A stretch of DNA of 58,842 nucleotides from Cyanophora paradoxa CCMP329 (taxonomy: Eukaryota; Plantae; Glaucophyta). The translations under genes were made by a program, and so were the position numbers. Below the pieces are notes generated by a model that was not told the DNA's origin, did not search any database, and saw only the letters and a list, made by a program, of their open reading frames with translations. Shown here in pieces: positions 41,561 to 52,272 of the stretch (the first letter of the stretch is position 1; every line of letters starts with the position of its first letter). The stretch is from the NCBI GenBank assembly GCA_004431415.1, contig QPMI01000504.1, positions 1 to 58,842 of the forward strand, in the 5' to 3' direction.

Positions 41561-42058
41561 CTGCTCTTTCTACGCTACGGGCGCGCCGGACCTCCTACCT
41601 ACAGCGCTTTAACTGTACCCGTGCTGTTAGGGATAGAGCGTAACCCGCAGGGACTGGTGCCCTGATGGGGAAAAGGGGATGGGAGCCTAGCTAGCTACGA
41701 GCCGAGCAGGCGCTTCGCGTCCACGCCCGTGCCGTAGCGGATGAAGGATAATAATAAGCTTGCCAAGTTGCAATTGAGACCTCAACCAACTTTTTTTGGC
41801 AATTAATGACCAATTAATGTCACAGTGTGACTAAGTTACATATATATTCAGGTACCCGGTGACCGGTATACGTACCAGACTCACTGAGCAAAAGTTAGCT
41901 GCAAGATTCTCAAACACTGACTGACAGTTCAACCGTGAACGGTTGCCAATTTGCTCATCAGAGTCAGCTAGCGCTGAACCGTTGACCCATGGGACCCATT
42001 GACCCACAAAACCCCTGGATTGCGATGACGACTAGGGGTTGGACGACGAAGCTGAAGG
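41561..42058 (+). mobile_element. Dispersed repeat family A, copy 3 (internally deleted), next to the viral element
   Basis: 41561-41742 is the reverse complement of 13995-14177, and 41750-42058 matches 30224-30534. Confidence 0.85.
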
Positions 42059-42472
42059 CGACCCCATTGTGATCTGGCCGCCCGCTAGCGCTGCCCAGGC
42101 CCTGAGGGGCCTCTCCACGCTGTGTGCCCGTGCTCCTCGCCAGCCCCAGTAAATCGGGCTACTGGCCGCCTCCTCAGGGCCTTTCGTCGCCTCCACACCC
42201 GGACAGAAACCCCCGTGTCTCCCTCTCCTAGCTAGCACTATATATATATAGGTATATAGGTGGGCTCTTGCCAAGGGTCGAGCTCTCGAGCTTGCCCCTT
42301 CGCTGTCAATGCATTGTTAACCCTCGGAGGTTGATGAGTCACGCGTTGCGGAGGTTGCATTGTTATATTGCATTCGGGGAGGCAGGGGGACTAACACGTC
42401 CAATGTACCCCCCGGGGGCCTCCCGGCCTCTAACTAGGCTCGGACTCTAACTGAATGCTGTACCCCCTGCGG

Positions 42473-43225
42473 TTACTGCCCGAGCCTAGCGAACTTGCGT
42501 AACTCGGCCTCGCCCTGTACCCAGTGACTGGTGTCGTCCATCCATTCGCGTACCTCCCTCTGACGCTTGAGTGACTCACGCTGCTCAGGTGAGGGGGAGG
42601 GGGGGCCGTAGAGGAGGGGCCGCGGCGGGGGTACCATGCCAAAGTTTGCCCACTCGGGGGGTATACCGAATTCACCGTGATCGATTCTCTGAGGCGTGAA
42701 GTACTGGCCGTCGCTCAGCGCCAGGTGGTAGAAGGCGTTTCGCAGTCGTCTGAGGAAGCGGGGCTGCACAGTCTGCGGGTCAAGGCTCTCGAAGCGCCAC
42801 GGTGCCACAAAGTCAATGATACGCTCCTGCACCCGCGCGGGCAGAGCGAGGATCTGGCTCTTGCGGTTCGCAAAGGCCATCCACAGTGCTTGTAGGTCCG
42901 CCCAATCGCCGTTCAGATCCCTGCGTTCTCGCCTGCCATGATTGCGTGGATTGATCGTCATACCCATGAAACGTGCTGCGCCGATGGTGTTTTGATCTGG
43001 AAACTCTTGATCGTCGTTAAACTTATCTCGTATCCAGCGCACGAGGTACAGCACGCGTTCCATAAAGTTCTCCCCGGGCGATCCGCTCCCCGAATCGGGG
43101 CCCATCGCCCATCGCCGCCGGTGCAGATCGGATTGTGCGTCGTCCAAGTCCACGGTCCGCTGTAGGATCTCACCGATGATGGGGCCGTTGTTGTACAGCA
43201 CGTCGGACTCGCGTGTCCGCGCCAT
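42473..43225 (-). CDS. Viral hypothetical protein with F-box-like motif (paralog 1)
   Basis: Intronless ORF from MARTRES. Contains ENFMERVLYLVRWIRDKF and SQILALPARVQERIIDFV. Confidence 0.6.
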   Translation of the reverse strand: MARTRESDVLYNNGPIIGEILQRTVDLDDAQSDLHRRRWAMGPDSGSGSPGENFMERVLYLVRWIRDKFNDDQEFPDQNTIGAARFMGMTINPRNHGRRERRDLNGDWADLQALWMAFANRKSQILALPARVQERIIDFVAPWRFESLDPQTVQPRFLRRLRNAFYHLALSDGQYFTPQRIDHGEFGIPPEWANFGMVPPPRPLLYGPPSPSPEQRESLKRQREVREWMDDTSHWVQGEAELRKFARLGQ

Positions 43226-43344
43226 GCTCGCGGCTCGCTGAGAATATCTACCCGTACCCCCTATCACGTCCACCTCCACGTCAGGCGATTGTTCTCGAAA
43301 ACGGGGTACGCCTCCTCCTCTGGGGTATAGTGCCGACCTTTGCC

Positions 43345-43964
43345 TCACCCGGCAGACGGTTTCGATCGTCCTGCAGCCAGTCGCGCAGTCGCTTGCGCTC
43401 GTTGATGGGGGCCTCGAGTCAAAGGGGGATACGTAGGCGGGGGGTGGGGTGGGGCGGGCGGAAGCTCTTGCCAGCTCCGGGGTACGAGCTCGCGTGGAAT
43501 CTCGAGCTCTGTGTACCGTGAGCCGTCGTACTGTCGGACACCGCCTTCGCCTGTACGCATGTACCACTGTATCTCATTTCGAAGCCCATTGATCACATCG
43601 CCTTCGCGCCCGTCTCTACCTGCGAGTAAGAAGTTCATGATCTTCAATCTGGCCTCGTTCGGCAGACGGGCCACGCGGCTTCTAGGCGACATCAGCGCCA
43701 CGTACAGGGACGTAAGCACACTGCTGAAGTCCCAGTTCCGATCATAGGATGGGGGGCGAGCCTCACGGTATCCCGCAGCCCCTGGGCTGCAACAGGGGCT
43801 AGCCCCCTCAGCGGAAAGGACGACGTTCCTATCCGATTTCGCATCCCCTCCTTGAACTTATCTCGTATCCAATGGGCCAGGCCCCTAACGCGAGTCAGGA
43901 ACTCTTCGGGGCTCGAATCTTCGTCCATCTGCGGGACCGGGCTCGAATCTTCGTCATCCGACAT
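43345..43964 (-). CDS. Viral hypothetical protein with F-box-like motif (paralog 2; one frameshift near 43750-43800)
   Basis: MSDDEDS..EEFLTRVRGLAHWIRDKF, then after the frameshift SRVARLPNEARLKIMNFL. Colinear with paralog 1. Confidence 0.55.
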
Positions 43965-44016
43965 TTGCAATTGCACACAACGAGAAATTCTAAACGCTAC
44001 TGCGAGGCTACGAGCT

Positions 44017-44652
44017 ATGGACCTACAACAGGGGAGCGCGGCGTGGCACGCTGCGCGCCGCGAAAAGCTAACCGCCTCGAACTTTGCCGCCGCGTGCGGC
44101 ATCAACCCGTGGAAATCCAGGGCCCGCCTCTGGGCGGAGCTGAGCGGGATCGCGGAGGAAAACAACTTTGACAACCCTGCCCTAACCTACGGGCACGACT
44201 ACGAGCCCCTCGCGGTCTCTATCTACAAGGCACTGAACGATAACGTGGACATTCAACACACTGGACTGCACGAACACAAAGAAATGCCGTTCCTCGCCGG
44301 GAGCCCCGACGGACTGATAGGAAATGATAGGATTTTAGAGGTGAAATGCCCTTACAAGGGCGAACTTTACGATAGCGTTCCTACCTATTACATGACTCAA
44401 CTTCAGGGCCTGCTGGACATAACGGGCCGCGACTGGGCCGAACTTTTCTGTTTCACGCCTCTGCGCGTGCAAACGTGGTACGTCAGACGGGACGAGAGGT
44501 ACATCGAGCTCATGCGGCGGTGCTTACATCTATTTTGGATGCACGTGAAGGCTGGAACTCCGCCCGAGCCCTACAGCGATCGAATGAAGTCAGAGAACCT
44601 CAGCGAGGAGCAGGCGGCGCTGCGCGAGTTTAAGTCGTACGCCCTCCTCTAG
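44017..44652 (+). CDS. YqaJ-like viral recombinase / lambda-type alkaline exonuclease (PD-(D/E)XK fold)
   Basis: QGSAAWHAARREKLTASNF..ALTYGHDYEP..FLAGSPDGL..LEVKCPY..YYMTQLQGLL; intact and intronless. Confidence 0.93.
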   Translation: MDLQQGSAAWHAARREKLTASNFAAACGINPWKSRARLWAELSGIAEENNFDNPALTYGHDYEPLAVSIYKALNDNVDIQHTGLHEHKEMPFLAGSPDGLIGNDRILEVKCPYKGELYDSVPTYYMTQLQGLLDITGRDWAELFCFTPLRVQTWYVRRDERYIELMRRCLHLFWMHVKAGTPPEPYSDRMKSENLSEEQAALREFKSYALL

Positions 44653-44990
44653 TGTCCCGACCCTCTCAGATATTAATTTAAAGATCTGGGAGGGTCGGGA
44701 CACGTCTCTTGGTCAGACTACTTATGTACGCCCTCCTCTAGTGTCTCGACCCTCTCAGATATTAATTTAAAGATCTGGGAGGGTCGGGACACGTCTCTTG
44801 GTCAGACTACTTATGTACGCCCTCCTCTAGTGTCTCGACCCTCTCAGATATTAATTTAAAGATCTGGGAGGGTCGGGACACGTCTCTTGGTCAGACTACT
44901 TATGTACGCCCTCCCTCCTCTAGTGTCCGGACCTTTCCAATAATCTATAAAGAAAGTAGGGAGGGTCCGGACACGTCTCTTGGTCGGACT
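44637..44990 (+). repeat. Tandem array of 89-bp units (3 near-identical + 1 diverged), each with a 52-bp imperfect palindrome around an AT-rich core
   Basis: Units start at 44637, 44726, 44815 and 44904. Arms GTGTCCCGACCCTCTCAGAT and ATCTGGGAGGGTCGGGACAC flank ATTAATTTAAAG. Confidence 0.95.
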
Positions 44991-45268
44991 CACCGTAGCT
45001 TGGTGTAGCTCAGGCCCAGGCGGGGAAGGCGAGTCTGCAATGAATCAGACCCCACAGGATTTGGTTGAGCTGCTCTTTGCAGGGGGCAGGAAGGCGGCCG
45101 CAGAGGGCTAGGGAGACTAGATCTAATTAGTAATCCCACACCGCGCATGTGCAAGCGACAGAGAACGAAGTGAGTAAATGCAGATCGATGATACGGCAAT
45201 CATGAGTTGTTCAGAAAAGGTCGGGACACATAGAGAGTGCATGCCCTCACTCTCGTCCGCCCTCGCAA

Positions 45269-45318
45269 TGTCCCGACCCTCCCAGATCTTTAAATTAATA
45301 TCTCAAAAGGTCGAGACA
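45269..45318 (-). promoter_or_regulatory. Solo copy of the array palindrome, inverted, downstream of the helicase (half-site at 45211-45229)
   Basis: Its reverse complement is 49/50 identical to 48631-48680. Function (origin, terminator or recombination site) is unknown. Confidence 0.75.
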
Positions 45319-45419
45319 TTCATTGATCATATGCATGACGTCACTTGAATTCGCACGTTCGTATTTACACACTGGCACGCGCATCCCGTTCGCGAAGTCC
45401 ACACTGTGACATCCGACAA

Positions 45420-48400
45420 TCACACGCGCCTGTGAATGAGAGCATAGCAGTCGGAGAAAACGTTGTAAACCTCTGGGAAGCTTGGCGCCATGCCTGCCCT
45501 TGCCTGCTTAGCCTGGCGCTCTACTGCGTCGTCGAGCATGTCTTCCTCCCACGTGATGTAGCGTCGCTTTCGGCTGCCCATTTGCCCTCCGTCCGCGTCG
45601 GAGAAAGCGCGTCTCACTCCGAGGTACTTCTCCAGCAGGTACTTGATGACTTGCCAAGACTGCTGCGAGAGCCGCTTCTTCTCACCGTCCGCTGCATCGA
45701 AGCGGGGCGCGCGCTCGTCCAGACTCTGCAGAGCCGCGTACGCCTCCCGACCCTCCGGCGACGCCAGGGCCGCGTAGGCTTCGTCCGACCACAGAGCACG
45801 CCCCGCGAGCTTTCCATACCCCGCCAGCCGAAGAGTTTCTTGAACAGCGCGACGACCTTCGATACCTTGAGGCGCTCAGCAGTAGGCACGATCTCGGCAA
45901 CGTCCGCGCCATGCTTCAGCACCAGCGTGACCACGGCAGTGAGCGGGATGGAGTAGAACGAATCCCACATCCAGGCGACGTCTCCTTCGGTCAGCTCGCT
46001 CGGATCCTTGGCCAGGAACGCGGCGATCGACGTGCGAGCAAGCGAAGCAACCTTCTCGATGTCCAGCTTAGCGAGAGACTCGCGGGACTGCCTCCAGGCC
46101 AGCACCGTGCTCCACAGATCGACGGGCTCCAGCGCGCCCGCCTCCAGCACGCTCCTGATCTCGCGCAGCCGCTGCTCCTTCTCCTGCTTCGGTCCGCTCG
46201 GGTTTTGATCCTCCGTGACTTGCACGTTCATCAGCGCGCAGGTCGACATCAGCCGCAGGCGCGCTGCCACTGCGAGGCGCCGAGTGGGCATGCCGGCGCG
46301 GCGGCTCCCGCGGTGGCTAGCCTTCAGGTCCAGGTAGCGCTGCATGTCGTCCGAGCTCTCGTCGTCGTCGCTCTCACGCCAGTGCGCAGCCGCCGCGCCG
46401 ACCGCAACCGAGGGCGTCCGGTTCTTGCGCACGGCGACGAGCAGGTGCTCTCCGTCGGGCGTGCTGCGTTTGCGCAGCCTTCTGACTCGAAACAGCAGCT
46501 GCACGATGTCGTCCGCCTCCAGCTGCGCGGGCTCTGCCTGGAACACGCCGTAGACCTTGTCAAAGTGCGCGTCCGAAAAGTCCACGCCTGCCCGAGCGCG
46601 GAAGTTGCGATGAGCACGTCGCAGGCCTTGTACGCGCCCTCCTCAGACACATCGATCGACACGATGCGCACTGGGCCGTCGTTCGTGAAGCGCACGCTCT
46701 TCTCCTTGGCCTGCCCAACGATGAGCCCGATCGTGAACGGTGCGCCGCTGCCGTCCTCGGGCCCTGCCTCGAGCTGAGTCACGTACTGAGCGCCGCCCAG
46801 GCTGAGCTGCTCCAGCGCCTGCTTCGCAATCTTCTCCTGCATCTCGATCGCCTTGGCCGGCGTCTCTGCAATGATCATCGCCCGGCAGCGCCCCGGTCTG
46901 CACAGCGCCATGATGTCCGCCTCGACGTGCGCCGGGCTGTCTGACACGCGCATCTTCCAGTCGCAGGTGCGATGCGAGTTGTACAGGAGCCCCAGGCGCG
47001 CCCCGACCTCCTGCGCCGACTCTGCCAGGTACGCGAGATCGACCGACCGAACGAAGCCGTCCATCGCCACGATGCGCGATGCCTTCATCACGCCGCGCCA
47101 TAGGCCCACGCAGCGCGCGTTTCGAGGCACTGACCGCATACCTAGGTGCAGGCCGGTGGGCTCGAGGGTGCCGCTCGAGGTGAGGTGCTTCGTGAGGGAG
47201 GAGAGCTCGTCCAGCACGACCAGTAGCGGCGCCGTCGACCAGCCCTCCCAGTCCTCGAGCACCTTGTGCAGCGAGTCCCATGTGATGACGACGCACCTGC
47301 ACTCCTCATGGCGGAAGCCCCACTTGCCATGCGATCCCTTTGAGCTCTCCGGTGGCTTCTTGATGTCCATGTAAAGCACGGCGTCCTTTGACAACTCCGC
47401 AGCATCAATGCGACGCTTGAGGTCGCGGGAGAAGGCCCGGCGGCAAGTCACGAGGATCACTCGCCAGCCGCCTGCAAGGGCCGGGTCCAGGTACGCATCG
47501 ATCAGCGCCTGCGTCTTCCCCGTGTTGAGTCCCGAGCAGATGACGTCGACCTGCGGCTGAGCGGATCTCGGGTTCTGCTCCAGCGCCCCGAATGCGGAGG
47601 TAAGGATCTTGCACGAGAGGTGGCGTTCATCCACTGCATTGACGCAAGCCTCCAGGCCCGTCGACTCGAGCGCGATCAGGAGGGAGGGGAGGGCAATGTC
47701 GAAGGCGACAGGCTGCGAGGGATCGGTCACATAGCGGGTCTGTGCCACGCTGCCCGACTCCCCTCCGGTCCCCTCCCCCTCGAGCTCGACTTCAATACCG
47801 TGCGCCTGGATGGAGATTCGAGCCGCCGGCGCCCCCGGCTGACTCCCGCCCAGGACGAGGGTGATGGACCCGTCGGGCTCGACTCCAAGGTGCTGAACGC
47901 GGCGGGCGTCGTGCAGGCCAAGGTCCGCGCGCAGCTCTGCCCCCGCCTTCCAGATCTCGTCCCTCACCGCCTTGTTCTTGCGCAGGCGGTCCAGGAGCCG
48001 CTCCAAGGCCGGCAGGCTTGGGCTCGAATCCAGGAGAGCGCCCGGCTCCGGGATGGGCTTAGCGCGGGGCGCCGAGCTTCTGGATGGAGTGGGGAGGAGC
48101 TCCGCTCGCGGCCCGGGCGCCGGCCCCCGCAGAACGTAGCCCCCGGTGCCATCCACACCGAGCTCCAGGCCGCTCGAGCTCCCAAAGAACCATGCCATGA
48201 GATCGCAAGCCTCCGGGCTCTGTAGGACGTAGGCAGCCTTGAATCCATTATCCAAGGGGCGAGAGAAAGTGAAGCCTCCGAACTTGGTTGCAAAGGCGCA
48301 GGCTGCCGCAGTGCTCGTCTCATCCTCGGCACCCGAGAAGTGGCTGGGGGTGATGCAGGGCGGGTGGAAGACGCAGAAAGCCGTCCCCAGGGTCGGGCTG

Positions 48401-48540
48401 CAGGCCTTCTGGACTTCGACGAGAGGGAATCGAACGAAAAAGCTGCACTCCTGCTCGCTCAGATCTATCTGCTGTACCCCGGGCCCGGGCATACGGGCCA
48501 GGAAGGCGTCGACGTCGAGAGACACGCGTCCGGTTGCCAT
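45420..48540 (-). CDS. SF2 helicase of the herpesvirus UL9 / origin-binding-protein family (frameshifts near 46590 and 45620-45800)
   Basis: Motif I VICSGLNTGKT, Ia VILVTCRRAF, Ib VVITWDSLHKV, II VVLDELSS, III IVAMDGF, V LIATSAL..GVDF and VI QLLFRVRRL. Confidence 0.82.
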
Positions 48541-48630
48541 GGTCGTCTCTCTATAGCTAGGCTTGGAAAATTCTAGATCTACTAGGCTAGTCGACGTCTG
48601 TTGGCTAGCTATAGTCGACGTCTGGACTGC

Positions 48631-48680
48631 TGTCTCGACCTTCTGAGATATTAATTTAAAGATCTGGGAGGGTCGGGACA
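48631..48680 (+). promoter_or_regulatory. Solo copy of the array palindrome, upstream of the helicase
   Basis: TGTCTCGACCTTCTGAGATATTAATTTAAAGATCTGGGAGGGTCGGGACA. Confidence 0.75.
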
Positions 48681-49823
48681 GGCTTTGGTCCGACCTTAAG
48701 CGCTCAACTAGACCCGGTTGACACCGTCTTGATCTCTCCTTCTTGGCGCAGCGGACGATGTGACGCGCAGACCGTCGGCCCGGCGGACGGGGAGGCGCGC
48801 GCGTAGAACTTCGGAAGCGCTAGCCCCTTGCTTGACCGAAGCTTAGAAAGTTTTGAGCGCACGCGAATGCGACACGTGTAGAGAGAAGGCAGAGCGCGCC
48901 GGAGCTAGCTTGCGCGGCCGAGCGCTCGACCGCCTTTGCTCCTAAGCTCAGAAAGTTTTGGGCTCACGCGGTTGCTCCACGTGTTTCGACTCAAAACACA
49001 GTACCCCAACCCGAAAAAAAGCGCCCGGGCAGCGCATCTCGCAGCGCCCGGGCCCAGCGCTCCTTGCAGCACTTGCCAGAGGCACTAGCTTGCATTCCGC
49101 TCAGCCCGGAGAGCCGCCGCCTCGCTCCTTTCGATTCGGAGGTGCGCCTCACTTCGCAACCTCTTTCTCCGCACCACGGCTAGCTCCGGACCTCAGATTT
49201 TGGGCGCTGGAAAGCTCTCTCGACGCCGCACTCACGCCGCCACGCGCAGGGTCGCTCGCGCCGGCCGCGGACCTTCGAAAGCTCGATGGCGCCCGAGCCG
49301 GAGCACTCCGCCGCATCCCGCAGGTGCCAGCTCGCTCTCTTGCCGCTCTATCCCTTGCATTTAGCACCTAGAACATGTCCCGCAACCTCGCGCTCGATTC
49401 GCCCGCGTCCGCTGACATTTGGTCTCTGAGCAGGTGCCGAGATTGGCCGCCGCGCCTTCCGCAACTCGAGCCGACGTTCGCGGCGACTTGCGCACGCTTC
49501 TAGATCTCGTTCTCAAGCCCGCGCATCGATTCGGCGGCTCCGGCTCGCCTCCCCGCGCCTCCAGCCCCGCGCCCCACACCCGTTCTTGTCCTAGCTAAGC
49601 CCTCCCTTGTCCGCAGCCAGTCGCGGGCTACGCGCATCGCGGATAGCATCAGTGGAGCTACGTTTCAGCGCTGGACGCAGGCCCGCCCGCCCAATCCTCC
49701 CACCTCCCGCTCGCAGCACGCTCACTGGGCCGCAGGCAGCTTCGCGGGGAGCCGCTGGATTCGAAGCCGCGCACCTTCCCCGCCCGTCCCGACGTCGTAC
49801 GCGCTAACGTCGCCCGCGCCGCA

Positions 49824-51055
49824 GGTGGCCGCCAGGCCTCCTGCATCCAGTCCTTCGAGCCGGTGTGGCTGCGGGCGAAGCGCCTCGCCTTCTGGCAGGA
49901 GACGGCCTCCTGCACCCTCACCCGCTTCGTCATCACCCACTGCGTCGTCGACCCCACCACCTACCTCGTCGGCTCGGAGACGGAGGGCGGCATGACGAGC
50001 GTGGCGGGCATCTGCGAGTACATCTCGCGCACGGAGGGCCCGGACGCCGCCGCCGCCGTCGCCGCCGACGTCGAGAACGGCGAGCTGGACGAGACCATCG
50101 CCGCCTTCGGCCCCAGGTGCCGCCTCTTCTCCTACAGGGCCGGCGGCATCTGGCAGACCTACATCCGCGGCATCGTCCCCAAGGCCCCCCTCTCCCTCGG
50201 CGAGAGCCAGCCGGCGCTGCAGGCCATCCAGTTCTTCGAGCCGGCGGACCCGGAGAACGGCCCCTTCCCCGTCAAGGCCTCGATCCGCGGCAGGGGCAAG
50301 CGCACCCGCAACTCGGCCCCCGCCTTCGTCCCGCCCCCGCCGCCCTCCTCCTCGCACGGCCAGCAGCACGCCGGCCAGCAGCACGCCGGCCAGCAGCGCA
50401 TCGACGAGATGCTGCCGCGCCAGGTCCGGCCCCGCGTACCCCCCGCCTTCCCTGTACCCCCCCTCCCCTCGCCCCCCTCCTGATCCAAGGGCAGGGTACC
50501 CCGGCGAACGGCGGCGCGGGCCCGAGCGGCTACGGGAGCTCGGCCCCCTCCGACGGCGCCGGCCCCAGCCCCGTCCCCTTCTCCCTCGCCGACCGCAGCC
50601 CCGTCCCCGCCGCCTTCGCCGCCGCTCCCGACCCGGACGCGTTCATCCCCGGCCCCGGCGCCATCCTCAGCGCGATCATGGGCTTCGGGGCCCAGCAGGG
50701 GGCCGAGCGGCGGGCGCTGGCGGCGCGCCAGGCGCGCGAGGCGGAGGAGCGGCGCCAGGCCCTCTGGGCCCAGCGCCTCCAGCGCACCCTCGCCTTCCGC
50801 GCCGAGCTGGAGGCGGGATTCCGCGCCCGCCAGATCTCCGGTGCGGAGGCCTCGGAGACTTGGCGGGCGTTCGAGGCGGAGACGGCGGGGCTGGCGAAGA
50901 CCCTCGCCCAGCCCTACCGGCGCGTGGCCGTCCCGCAGTCCTACGCGCGGCGGGCGACGCTGGAGGCCTCGCGGGCGGAGATCGACGCGGCGGAGGAGCA
51001 GGCGGAGCGCGAGGAGGCCGAGGACAACGCGCGCTTCCGGCACCTCCACCACTGA
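49824..51055 (+). CDS. Hypothetical protein in the viral element, apparently spliced; 5' exon(s) not located
   Basis: Two strongly GC3-biased frames (49863-50423 and 50495-51055) are joined in phase by a GT..AG intron ending at 50494. A branch point and acceptor (CTAAC..CCGCAG) lie at ~49804-49823. Confidence 0.6.
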
Positions 51056-51103
51056 GGCCTCGAGGCGGTATTTTTTCTCAACCCCTTCCAATTCGGTCTC
51101 GCG

Positions 51104-51295
51104 ATGGCCCTCGCTGACAGCTATCCCCCGCATTACTCGCTAGGAGCCCTCGCCGCGACCCTCACCTGGCTCCTCGGCGGCACGCCCACGGCCTCGGCCG
51201 TCATCGGCGTGGGCTTCGGCTACGCCGCCAAGACCCTCTACGCCCCCGGCTCCGTCTCGATGGCGACGGCCGGCATGCGCCCCGCCGGGCGTTAA
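51104..51295 (+). CDS. Small hydrophobic viral membrane protein (63 aa)
   Basis: ATG preceded by a TTTTCT motif; two hydrophobic stretches; coding-like codon bias. Confidence 0.55.
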   Translation: MALADSYPPHYSLGALAATLTWLLGGTPTASAVIGVGFGYAAKTLYAPGSVSMATAGMRPAGR

Positions 51296-51402
51296 CTCTC
51301 CCTTTTCAAAGTTCCATTCCCCCCTTTCCCTTTTCAAAGTTGCGACGTCCTTTTGAGTCCGTTGGCATTTAAATTTTCTTCATCGTCTGTACACGTCTAA
51401 AC

Positions 51403-51900
51403 ATGCCCAACGCCGTAGAGAAGCTGTTGTGTACGGTGTTCAAATCGGACTCGCGCTGCAGCAAGATCGGCGAGGCTGCCAAGGGCGGGGGCGGGGCGAA
51501 GGCCGGCGGCGGGGCGGAGGGGCCTAAGATAAGGGGCGCGGACCCGGCGCCGCCGGCGCTAAAGTCGATTAAGGCTGCGGGCAAGGGCCGCGGCGTCGGG
51601 CCCCTGCCCCTCGTGGCGATCGCCCCGGGCCAGCGCGAGGCGGCGCACGCGGCGACGGCGGCGCTGGCCTCGCAGCAGCAGAGGGAGGGGGCGCCGCGCC
51701 TGAGCGCCGGCCTCTGGTCGCAGCCTGCGCCCGCGCGCGAGTACGGCGTCAGCGCTTACTTCGACGGCGCGAACGAGCTGAGCCGCCAGGAGATCTGGGC
51801 CTGGGAGGCGCGGCGCGCGGTCGACGGGCACCTGCCGTTGCTCGTGGCGCTCGGCGGCTCGCTCCTCATGGTCTGGTACCTGCGCGGCTTCGCGATTTAG
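51403..51900 (+). CDS. Viral hypothetical protein with C-terminal TM helix
   Basis: 165 aa ending LPLLVALGGSLLMVWYLRGFAI; bounded by AT-rich gaps. Confidence 0.6.
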   Translation: MPNAVEKLLCTVFKSDSRCSKIGEAAKGGGGAKAGGGAEGPKIRGADPAPPALKSIKAAGKGRGVGPLPLVAIAPGQREAAHAATAALASQQQREGAPRLSAGLWSQPAPAREYGVSAYFDGANELSRQEIWAWEARRAVDGHLPLLVALGGSLLMVWYLRGFAI

Positions 51901-51929
51901 ATAGATTTTCGAAGCGCTAGCTAGTAGAG

Positions 51930-52256
51930 ATGAGCTGGCTCGACGCGCTGCTCACCAAGACCTTTGGGCCCAAGGGCGCGCCGCGGCTGCAGTTCGGTGA
52001 GCTCAACGCCGCGATCGGCGCCACAGTCGAGATGAAGAACCGCGAGAACGTGCTGCGCGGCGACGGAGGCGCGTGGGCGGACATTGCGGCGGGCGCGCTG
52101 GGCTCCGCACTCACCGCACCGGGCAAGGCGGGCCGCGCGCTCACGGACGTGGCCGAGCGCTTCTGGCACTGGCTCAAGGTTGCCGTGGTCATCGCCGCAG
52201 CGGTTGTGGCGGGTCTCCTGGTGCTCGAGGCTCGCGCGCTATTTTCTAAACGCTAG
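51930..52256 (+). CDS. Viral hypothetical protein with C-terminal TM helix
   Basis: 108 aa ending WHWLKVAVVIAAAVVAGLLVLEARALFSKR. Confidence 0.65.
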   Translation: MSWLDALLTKTFGPKGAPRLQFGELNAAIGATVEMKNRENVLRGDGGAWADIAAGALGSALTAPGKAGRALTDVAERFWHWLKVAVVIAAAVVAGLLVLEARALFSKR

Positions 52257-52272
52257 GTAAAGCGAGCGAACC

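Noticed and set aside
44637-44990. CRISPR or MIMIVIRE-like array next to a Cas4-fold nuclease and a helicase
   Set aside because: The units are whole-length tandem copies with no unique spacers. There are no cas genes and no visible foreign-derived sequence.
48700-49800. ORFs in the GC-rich gap after the helicase promoter
   Set aside because: No codon bias or motifs. The gap may hold small upstream exons, but none could be defined.
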